Part shown: piece after piece, positions 52,027 through 62,372 of the stretch
Layout of the letters: the number at the start of each line of letters is the position of its first letter
How positions within the stretch are numbered: position 1 is the stretch's first letter
Assembly: GCA_003971905.1 (NCBI GenBank)
Contig: RSEE01000008.1
Span: 992,001-1,056,000 of the forward strand
Origin: Moniliella sp. 'wahieum'
Lineage: Eukaryota
Direction: 5' to 3'
Length of the DNA: 64,000 nucleotides
Made by a program: the position numbers and the translations under genes
Notes under the pieces: generated by a model
What the model saw: only the letters and a program-made list of their open reading frames with translations
The model's database searches: none
Told to the model about the DNA's origin: nothing

Positions 52027-53769
52027 ATGTCCGCGCCCGTCGCTCCTGTCTCCCCCGTCGCACTCCCGCGGGACGGAGGACGTCGTGCGCGTGCTGCTCG
52101 CCCAGTTCCTCACCCTCAGCAATGCCAAGGCCGTCGTCTTCTACGTCGTCGTCTGGCACCACCTCGTCCGTGTCCTGCGCCACCTCAAGGTCTACGGCGT
52201 CACGGCCTCTGTCCACCAGCTCTACACTGCCGTCTACCGCAGCGCCGTCTTGCTCTTCATGCGCCTCCCGGCCATCCGCCGCCGCGTCAACAAGGAGCTG
52301 GATGAGGTCGAGGCCGACCTGGAGCGCAAGCTGGTGCCCCGTCCTGCCTACCTCGAAAACCACAACGAGCTTCCGGCCCAGGGCATGGACGAGGCTGAGC
52401 TGCGCACTGAGCTCAAGAAGCTTCAGCTCCTCGAGCTCGGCCCGTCGGAGGATGGGGTGGACCCCGAGGCTCTTGCTGGCCCGGATGCATGGAAGGAGGT
52501 CGATGGCCAGCGTGTGTGGCAGACGGGCAAGATCTCTGGTGCCGTCTACCATGGCGGCAAGGAGTTCAATGACCTGTTGGCCGATGCGATCAAGATGTTT
52601 ATGGTCTCCAACCCCCTCCATCCCGAGGTATTCCCTGGCATCCGCCGCATGGAGGCCGAGATTGTGTCGATGGTGCTGCAAATGTACAACGCTCCCGACA
52701 GCGCGGCTGGCGCTACGACTTCGGGGGGTACCGAGTCCATCTTGATGGCCTGCAAGGCTCACCGTGACTGGGGCCGGGCTGTCAAGGGCATCACCGAGCC
52801 CGAGATTGTGCTTCCCGAATCGGCCCACGCTGCATTCAACAAGGCCGGCGCCTACTTTGGCATCACCATCCGCACTGTCAAGGTCGACCCCGTGACGCGG
52901 CAGGTCGATCTGCGTGCAGTCCGTCGTGCGATCACGTCAAACACTGTTCTCATTGTTGGTTCTGCGCCCAACTTCCCCGATGGCGCGATTGATCCGATTG
53001 CCGAACTAAGCAAACTGGCGACGAAGCATCGTGTCGGTCTGCATGTCGATTGCTGCCTCGGTTCCTTCATCGTTCCCTTTCTCGAGGAAGCTGGCTTTAC
53101 CGATGCACCCTGCTTTGATTTCCGCGTACCTGGCGTCACCTCCATCAGCTGCGACACGCACAAGTACGGCTTTGCGCCCAAAGGGTCGTCGTCGTCGTTA
53201 TGTTCCGCACCAATGAGCTGCGGCGGTTCATGTACTACGTCCAGCCCAACTGGACTGGCGGGGTGTATGCTTCGCCAGCGATGCCTGGTTCGCGGCCGGG
53301 TGCTCTGATTGCAGGCACGTGGGCCGCGATGATGAAGATGGGCCGGCAAGGGTATGTGGACAGCTGCTTTGAGATTGTATCTTCGGCGCGCAAGATTAGT
53401 ACCGCGATCCGGACCGAGATCCCGCAGCTCAAGGTGATGGGCCAGCCCAAGGCGTCCGTCGTGGCCTTTGCCAGTGCGGGCAAGATCAACATTTACGATG
53501 TGGGGGACGAGATGTCCAAGCGCGGCTGGCACCTCAATGCGCTGGCCACCGAACCACCTGCCATTCACTTGGCTGTGACGAGGTTGAGTGTGCCGGCTAC
53601 CGACGGGTTCGTTGCCGACCTCAAGGCCTCTGTCAAGGCCGCTCGCGCTGCCCCAGCCAAACCCGGCACCATGGCCACGCTCTATGGCCTGGGCCAGCAA
53701 TCGGCCGTGGGCCCCGCGCTGATTGGCCAGCTGGCCACCCGCTTCATCGACACGCTGTACAAGACCTGA
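52027..53769 (+). CDS. DPL1: Sphingosine-1-phosphate lyase (PLP-dependent)
   Basis: GKISGAVYHGG, SNPLHPEVFPGIRRMEAEIVSM, TSGGTESILMACKAHRDW, HVDCCLGSF, PLP lysine motif SISCDTHKYGFAPKG, WTGGVYASP..GSRPG, FIDTLYKT*. Confidence 0.96.
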
Positions 53770-54193
53770 GCGTGGCAACATGCCGTGGCAACATGCCGTG
53801 TCAACGGACTATTGGGCTGAGGGGAGGCGGCGAGGGGAGGGGGGCGCATCCCGCCTCTTCCCCCCCTCCCCCCCTTGCCCTCACTTTCTTTTTCCCCCTC
53901 ATTCCTTCCCCTATCCCTCCTCTTCTAGCCTGTGTCCTCGCCTTTCCCTTGTCCACCCTTGTAATGTCCTTGTGGGTTGGCTGCTGCTGTGGCGTTACCG
54001 CTGGCCCTACCTTTTGATCGAGGGGGGGGGCAGCTGCTTCTTAGTCTCCCACCTACCACAGTCCTTTGGTTCGGTAGGGTGGTTTCGCCTCGCCTGCCTG
54101 CTGCTGCGCTACTGCAGATGGTAGGGACTCTGGTGGCCTCTGCATGTCCTGACGCACGCCCAAATGCAACGCTCGTCTCTACAACCTTCTGCG

Positions 54194-54234
54194 TAACCTA
54201 ACCTAACCAAAACCCAACCTAACTTAACCTAACC
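54194..54234. repeat. Degenerate (TAACC)n pentamer tract, about 8 units
   Basis: taacctaacctaaccaaaacccaacctaacttaacctaacc. Confidence 0.8.
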
Positions 54235-54978
54235 TGGGCTTGCCGGCCTGGAGGACAGCGGGGAGGGTATAGCACACGTTGCCGGCAGGAGGCGGTAGAG
54301 GGATCAGCTCGCGCGGGCTACTCTTAGCCAGCACTCGTGCTTGGCTACATGCTACTGTTGGGCTTGCTTCCGTCCCACTGGGGCGGGGGGAGGCGACTGC
54401 CCACCCCGCACCACCGATCCATGTCGAGGCGTACGCTCGGCGGGCTGATGATGCGCGTGTATGGTAGGATTATAGGTGTCCCGAGGGGGTTCCGGCGCTC
54501 CTGCAGCTCCCCCACATCGACCCAGACCCAGGCCGCCGGCAGGGGCAGGCTCAGGGGCAAGCTTGCCCCTGCCGGCGGCCGTGTAGAAGTGCGGTGCGGG
54601 ATGCGCATGCCGTTGCGGGGGGGGGGTACATGCGTCGAGGGGAGGAGGATCGTACCTAGTACCAAGTCCAACGCCCCGCCTCTACGCCCGCGGGGCGCAG
54701 GCTACGGTGCATGTGTGCGTGTGGAGCGAGGGGAGGGGAGAGTCTATGGGCAGATGGGCTCGACGGCAACGGGTGGGGGGTGGGCGCGTCCAGTAATGAG
54801 ACTGGTGGTATACGCACGCACTAGCAGCGCAGGCGAGGCAGCCGTTGGGGGCTGTGGCTTGCTTCCTGGGTTGATTGTTTTCCACCAGCAGCTCCTGTGC
54901 GGTGCGCACCACCCGACACGCCACGCCACACCAATCCCATCACCGCCGGCATCTGCGCCCTTGCGCCCTGCAGATCGT

Positions 54979-57900
54979 TTAGAGGATGCCCTGGGAGTAG
55001 TATTGGAACTGGTCGTAGAGCCGGGTGAATGCAGAGCCGGCCGAGTTGAGAATGAGGCGATCGACGAATTCGTCGCTCTGCTCGGCGCTGAGCGCGAGCT
55101 GGAAGCGCTGCCGCAGCTGGTTGGCCGCCTCCTCGCCGAGCGCAAAGCAAGGCAGCCGCGAATCGCGCGCCATCAGCTCGACAATCATGATGATCCGCTC
55201 TGCCTCCTTGCGCACGTCCCGGAACGCCTGCCGCATCAACTGTCGGAACTGATCAAACTTGCTCTCCATGCCGCCCAGCAGATCAATGTACTCCTGCGGC
55301 ATCTTGAATGGTGCCGCCTCGAACCCCACACCACCAGGCGAGATGCCGAGCATAAAGCCAAAGTCAATGTCTGTCACATACAATCCCCTGTCAGTTTCCT
55401 CCTTCCTCCTTCCTCCATTCCCCCCCACCCCCACCACCGCCACTCGGACGGAGAGCAAGGACGTACGGATCAAGTGGCCCTCGTGGTCGACGAGGATGTT
55501 GCCATTGTGGCGGTCCTTGATCTGCAGGAGATAGCAGATGATCGAGTAGGCCGCCAGCGACCGCATAAACGCATCCTGGGCGCGTTTGAACTTGCCCGAC
55601 GAAGGCGGGCCATAGACCTGGGTGTAGTGGTCCCAGAGCGAGTAGGTGCGGATCGGCTCGGAGCCAGCGCCTTCCGAGGCGTGCGAGTAGGCCTCCTTTT
55701 TGATCGAGTGCACCGACACGGCATCGGTGATGGTCTCCATCACCCCCGACGACTCGGAAGTGACGAGGATGTTAAAGTAGCGCACCCACACCCCGGATCC
55801 CTCGGCGTGCCAGATACGATCAAACTCGCCAATGAGCTGGGTGGCCAGCTGCTCCTGCCGCAGGTCCGCGCCGGTTTTGATAATGACGCTGATCACGTCC
55901 CAGTGCGCATGCGCGCCATACGGCGACGCGGCGCGCAACCGCTCCCGCTTGGCGGCCCACGACTCGCGGAAGATGGCGGCAGAGGGATCATCTTTGTTCA
56001 CCACCGCACGGATCGTGTCCGCATCCTCTTCGCCCCCCGCTGCCTCGTCGGTACCCGCGAACGCGTTCCGCTTGGCCTTGGCTTTGGCCTTGGCCTTGTG
56101 CGAGCACACGGGCCCACGCAACCGCGCCATTCGCTCCTCCTCCAACGAGATCATCTCCGCCATGATGCGTGCCCGAATCGCTTCCGCGTCCGCAGGGATG
56201 GTGCGTGCCGCACTCGAGCTGCTCACCACCGCCCCACCGCCCGCAGCACTCACTCCGCCATTCACTGCGCTGGGCGGTTCCGAGGTGGCGGGCGGTACTA
56301 GTTTGTGCCCACGAGGGCAAGAGCTTGCTCACCACCCCTGCCGTTCCCTGCCCCGGTTCGGAGGACGCAGGCGCAGACGCCGGCGCAGATGCAGATGCAC
56401 CGACGCCTACCAGCGACGCAGCCCCGCTCGCGGCGGCACCCAAGGGCGCCGTGATGACCCAGCCCTTGCGCGCGCGGTTCTGGTTGAGCTGGGCAAGCAT
56501 GATGGCCGCGGTGCGCATGCGCTCCGAGTAATCTGCCAGGCTAAACTCGCGTTCCTCCTTGCCGTCGTGCAGTGAACATGAGACCCGCGCGAGCCGCGCC
56601 AGACCATCGTGTCGTGCGACCGGTTGCGCGACGAGCCCGAGGCAAAGGGGCCCGGTTCAAGGCCATCCGGCTCGGATTCCGACGAATCAGGGTCTTCTTG
56701 CCCGCCAAACCGTTCGAGGTGCGAGCCATACGCCTGTTCCGTCATATCCACCCCTTCGGCCTCGGGTGGATCGTCGTCAAACAGAAGCTCTGCACCACCT
56801 GCATCGTCCACGCTCACCTCGGACACCATGCTTTCGTCGGCCCAGTCACCAGCCTGTGCCTCGGCTTCGACTGGGCCGTCGGGAGAATGGGCCAAGGCCA
56901 GGGAAGAGGAAAGGGAAGGATGGTCCGTGTGCGCCTTTTGCCCCAGAGGCGGCCGGGCTCCATGCGAACCAGGCGCGCTCTGACTCAAGGACCGCTTGAG
57001 CCCATCCGAAGGCGGCGGACTCAGCGCCGGTCCTGACGTGTGGGCGTCGACGGTGGGGTGCGGCACGGGTTCCAAGAGGGGTGAGGAGACATCGAGACGG
57101 GTGTGCGAAGCTGCTCTGAGCGGGTTCGACAGCGTCCGGGGCCGCGCCATTGCGTCGGGGGACAAGGTGGCTGCCGAGCCGCCGGGGGGCAGGGGGGAGC
57201 CTGATTGCGCCCGCGCGGCACGGGAGTGGGCTTCTTTGGTCAACAGCCGCCGCATTGTGTCCCGGTTGGCGCGGCGGTCCGGGTCAAAGTCGAGGTCATT
57301 GCGCAGGACCTCAATCTGCAGCACATACGGTGCGCGGTCCGCCGAGTTGAGCACCACCGCCTCGGACGGATTGATTCGGACTATGCGGTGGTGGCGCGCT
57401 TGCTTGCCTGGCACAGACGTCCCATCCCCATGTGCGTCGTGGTGCTTGTGCCGGCCCATCACGTCCGAGGCGGCACAAAGCGGGAGACATGCTTCAAGGG
57501 GGAGCATGTGGTTCAGTTCTGTCAGCTCTGCCCGCAACGCCGATACACGTGCCGGTTTCGGAAGCAGTAACAGCCGTCCCGAAATCGACTCGAGCCGGGC
57601 CAGAAAGTCGGTTTGGGTGCGGGCATAGTGCGAGCGGAGGAGCGCAACCCGCTCCTCGTACGGCACGTCGCTACCAAGCGCAGGCGCAGGCGCGTGCGCT
57701 TCGCTCGGTATCGAAGCGGCACTGAGCCTTTGCCCACGTAGGCGGAACAGGTTTCCTGACGAACTGCTCGGTGCTTGTCGCGCCAGATTGGGCACACTGG
57801 CCCCCCTTGCCAAGTTGGGCGTAGACTGGCTCGGTGCACCTCGAGCGAGATGGCCAAGATTGAAGCTGGCGGGAGGAGGGCCCGGGTGGGGCGAAGAATA

Positions 57901-59455
57901 AATCATCGATCGCGCCTGGTGTGAACCGTACGCTGCACCAGGGATCGACCCGGGGGTCTTTGGTGGTTCCATCACCGTCCCGGGGGGAGGTTGAATCAGT
58001 TGGGTAAAGGCCAGGCTGCGGGTCGTGCTCGCTGCACGGGCCCACAAGGTGGGAGGCGTATTGCCAAATCCTTCGGGACCCGAGGAGGCATAGGTGTACC
58101 CATAGGGGCCTTGCGTGGGCGCTGCAAGGCGATTGCCAGCTTGGTGCACCATGGGCGAAGGAGAGCCAGAGACTGAGCTCCGGCGAGGGCGGGAGTGGTG
58201 GGGTGGCGTAAGCGTTTGTTGCGTTTGGGTTCGCTACTCGATCCAGGCGCAAGCATCCCGGGGGGAGGTACGATTTGGACTTGGGACATACCAGCGGCCA
58301 GCATGCCCGCTGCGCGGTCCTTGAGCTCAGCCAGCTTCTCAGACGTGCTGTTGGACCAAAGAGATGCCCCCCACGACCCCCACGAGGACGAGCGAACGTT
58401 TGGGTCCAGCCAGCGCCATTGGCTTCCTCGCGTCCAAGAAACGGGGCCGAGTGGGCGCGTTGGTGCGGCGTGTCGTCTGGCAGAGCAAGATTCGTCGCGT
58501 CATTCGGGGACAGGGAGGATGGCGATTCAACGCGGGGGAACAAAGACGACTCTTCGTTCCTAGGGGTGGAGAGGCCAAAGGAAGATTTGGCTGCGCCTGG
58601 ACTTCTGTGCCGTGTTCCGGGTCCGAAGTCGCGCCCAGGCTAAAGGAAGTGGGGCTCTTGGGGGGTAGTGGAGGTGGCACTTGCTGTTCCTCCGTGTCCG
58701 AAGCACTGCTGGAGCCGGAGAAAGACGCGTCGTCGCCCTCATCGTCACTCGGTTCCTCGTCCGCAGCGCGGCGGAGCAGCCGGTCAAACTCATCCGGCGC
58801 GGGCTTGCAGCCTTCAAGAATGGTCATTGGACCGGCGGCGGTCATGATGGCCGGTTGTCCAGGCGTCGAGGCAGCCATGGACGCCATTCCGACCAGAGTG
58901 GTCAGAGCATGGGCCGGGTGGACGCGCACGGCCTCCGCCTCAGCTGGGCTTGCGCCCGGGCGGCGGCGGCGAAAGGGAGCGGCCCAGGCGGCCCAGGGCG
59001 ACATGGGCCCGTCCTGGGTGGGCAGGATGGCGGTGGAGACGTCATCGCTGGCATGGGGGACAGAGGGCGGCGGCGCCTGGGCATCAAAGAGGAGGCGCTG
59101 GCAGTGGTTGATCACCCGGCGGCTCACCAGCAGGGCGGGCGAGGAGGGATCGCCGGACCAGTCGGCGCGGGCGGCCTGGAAGAACCAGAGGGTAATGAGC
59201 GCCGTATGTACCGAGTCGCCGCAGCGAGCGAGGATGAAGTGCTCGAGCGCGGCCGAGGGCCCGGGGGCGGCTGATGAGCAGGTGGCAGAGCTGGGGCCAG
59301 TAGACGCGCACCTGGTCCCAGGGGAAGGCGCGTTCGAGGGCGCGGACAAGGTAGTGGGTGATGCCGACGCTGTCCCAGTAGGTCTTGAGGTAGGTGATGG
59401 CGAGGTGGGGCGTGAAGTAGGACGAGTGGAAGAGCCGGAGCAGCAGCTCGGCCAT
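54979..59455 (-). CDS. PIK1: Phosphatidylinositol 4-kinase type III beta
   Basis: MAELLLRLFHSSYF..YWPQLCHLL, LPKPARVSALRAEL, IVRINPSEAVVLNSADRAPY, KDDPSAA..ESW..SPYG..WDVISVIIKTGADLRQEQLA, LQIKDRHNGNIL..HIDFGF, YDQFQYYSQGIL*. Confidence 0.96.
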
Positions 59456-59959
59456 CCTGGGCGGCGCAGAGAGGTGGTGGGGGAGCGAGCCGGTGCGCGT
59501 GGCTGGCCAGCGCGCACGTCGTGTGAGCACGGGCGATGGGTGACCGGGCTGCCACGCCACACACTGGCCCTGCGCCGCCGAGCGGCCAACCCTAGTGCGG
59601 GCGGCGCGGAATGTGCGGGTGCGGCGCACGGGGGAGGAGGTAGCACCACGGCCATATGGCAGCAACCACGAGGGCTGGTTTGTATCGCTCTTTTTTACTC
59701 CCCACGAGGTGCCCTGTAATGGATCACTCCAACCGGCATTGTTCCGTTGGTCCGACGCCCTACTGGTTATAGAGGCGCCAGTGGGTGTGCCAAATTCTAC
59801 TGAGGACTGCCAAGGGGAGGGGGGTTCGTCTTCGGTTCATGACCTGGTGCCACAGTAACACGCACCCGAGAAGAACGGACAAGTCATATGACCATCATCG
59901 TCTACCAGTTCGCCATGTTGGACCTAATCAATACTTCCACCCACCGCAATGACGTCGGT

Positions 59960-60189
59960 GATGTAGCAACCCCGGATATGCACTCCATGGTTCAGATACA
60001 GCTAATTCTGTTTTCTGCGCCTCTGTCTCCTCTCTGGCTCCCGCTCTCTTCAGACCCCATATATACTACCACAAGATGTAGCAACCCCGGATATGCACTC
60101 CATGGTTCAGATACAGCTAATTCTGTTTTCTGCGCCTCTGTCTCCTCTCTGGCTCCCGCTCTCTTCAGACCCCATATATACTACCACAA
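59960..60189. repeat. Perfect 115-bp tandem duplication
   Basis: GATGTAGCAACCCCGG...ATACTACCACAA occurs at 59960-60074 and again at 60075-60189. Confidence 0.95.
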
Positions 60190-60562
60190 AAAGTACGCCA
60201 TGGTATATCTTTTGAGGATTCCTTTTCTCCCCTCCTCCCCCCCCACATTTCACAAGAACGTGCCCATGGCACCTAGGCGGCCCGGGGAAGGCATATGCGG
60301 ATAATAGCAGGCTCTCGCAACAAGGTGTTCGGGTGTGGAGCTGGATTCTAGGTGGCTCAGAAAGGATGCGTGCTAGTGAAACGTTCAGTGTTGGTTAGCT
60401 TTGGCGTGGCAGCGGGCGGCGGAATGCGCGTCGGCAATAGGCCAGGTGGGCAGCGAGCAGTTCCGCCCCCCGCCTCCGTCGCCTCCCCGCCCACATAGGC
60501 TGGGTGCGTCCATCGCCGCCACGGGCCGCGTCGCGTTTCTCTTGCCAGCCAGCTTGCCCACC

Positions 60563-62336
60563 ATGCCGTCGCGCCCTCCGACACACCGCAGCCTCAAGCG
60601 TTCGCCCAGCCCCTTCGATGATATCGACGCTCCCTCCCCCCCTGCGCGTAGGCCCATCCCACCCTACGACGCCAGCGGCGACGAGAGCCAGGCTGACCCA
60701 GCGCCTTCCTCCCCCCCGGTGGGCCAGACGCCGCGCCTTCCTCGGTTGCCGACGATGCGTCCGATATGGAGGAGAGCGGCCGCCGTGGCTCTTATCATGA
60801 GCCTCCCCCCGACGAGCCATCTGTCCAGTGTCTCTGGCACAACTGCGGCCGAAGATACACCGAACTCCACGGGCTCATTGACCATCTGCACCAAGGTTCG
60901 TCATCTCGGTTCTCTTCGCTTCCTTACTCTGCCGTGCGTTACTGACGCATCGTCTCTTCAGATCACATTGGCACCCACAAAAAACGCTACAGTTGCGAGT
61001 GGGTGGGCTGCTCGCGCAAGTCTCGCACTCAACCTCTAGGTTTGCCCTGCTGAGCCACTTGCGCAGTCATACGGAGAGAAACCCTTTACGTGCCCCCTGG
61101 TAGATTGCGACAAGTCCTTCACTCGTTCCGATGCGCTCGCCAAGCATATGCGTTCCCAGCACCAGATGGTTCCCATTCCCACACGCCGCGCCAAACCTCG
61201 TCGCTCCCTCCGCAAACCCGACGAGCAAGGTTCAGACAGTGAAGATGAAGCGGTGGAGATGGTGACGCTCTCCGACTATGAACCAATTGACAAGCCGCCA
61301 GTCGTCATCCACCCCGGTGCTCGTGGACGCCAATTTAACGATGAGCGTTGGGAATTACGCGGGAGCCGTTGGGCTCGGAGAGTGAGGAGTATGAGATCCG
61401 TCAAGTTCGCATCAAAGCTGCCAAGCTAATGCGGGACCAGCATGGGGTGGGAACGGGGACGATCCCAGATGGCGAAGGCCCTGGCCACACTGCTCCTGCA
61501 GGCCAGTCAGGGCAATTGGCTAGCTCCTCCTCTAGCCCGTTCACACCGACGTGTCCGCGGACGAGGATGAAGACGGAGGAGGAGCCGATGAATGTGGGCT
61601 CGCCCCACTTCGACGACCCAATCCGTTGGATCTGATCAACAACACTGCTGGCGGTCCCACGGGAGAGAGTAAGAATGGCAGGCATGAGGCAGATAGGAAA
61701 CCTGCCCGGCCCATGCCCCCAAAGCGAACCAAGAAGGATTACAGAAGCGCTATCTCATCTCCAAGGCCAAATTCCAGTTCCTTCACGCAGAGCACCAGGA
61801 GTTGGTGCGGAGTTGGACCAACTTCGTCAGGACTACGAGGCGATGCAAGAGTACAAGTCAGACGAACTCAACTCCGCTCTCGCCCTGGAACTTGGGTGCG
61901 TTCGCTCCCACCCCCCTCCTTTCTCTCTTCCTCCCCTGCGTTCCTGCCTCGGAATACTGACCCGCATACCTGCTATATCCAGCGAAGATGTTGAGGCCAT
62001 ATTTCCCCCTCCGGGCACCCCCCCCCATGCAGTCCTACACCGAGCTTCGTGGGGCCCCGCCGGAGGGATACTGAGCACGACCCGCCAGTTCTTGGGGCTC
62101 GGAACGATGAATCCCCTTTCCATGAGGTCCACCCTCCGCCCCCCTGGAATATGTATCTCCGCCAAAACAGGTCCCCCATCCACATTCCATGCTGGGAGAC
62201 ACTTGGATCGATGACTGGCATAGCAAGGGATAGCAGAAGTCAATGCAGCTACCGAATACAAACAACTATGCACGTCCGCGGCGGAAATGCAGTTCCGCCT
62301 ACCTTTAAGACGAAGGACGACAGAGAGGCACTTTAA
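60563..62336 (+). CDS. IEC1: C2H2 zinc-finger protein, INO80 complex subunit Iec1-like (3' end uncertain)
   Basis: C..WHNCGRRYTELHGLIDHLHQ|DHIGTHKKRYSCEWVGCSRK..SRFALLSHLRSHT(G)EKPFTCPLVDCDKSFTRSDALAKHMRSQH, plus a C-terminal coiled coil (KAKFQFLHAEHQEL..LDQLRQDYEAM). Introns at about 60896-60961 and 61896-61982. Confidence 0.8.
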
Positions 62337-62372
62337 TCGATTGATACCGGCCGCACCACCACCCCGCCTCTG

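Noticed and set aside
53771..53800. Short direct repeat CGTGGCAACATGC x2 after the DPL1 stop
   Set aside because: Two-copy slippage-type duplication with no further support for function.
54337..56301. 654-aa plus-strand ORF (also 58364-59719 and 51659-52828)
   Set aside because: Antisense shadows of PIK1 and DPL1 in high-GC coding sequence.
613..59455. Calling frameshifted genes pseudogenes or programmed-frameshift genes
   Set aside because: Indels hit essential genes indiscriminately without slippery-site consensus; assembly error is more parsimonious.
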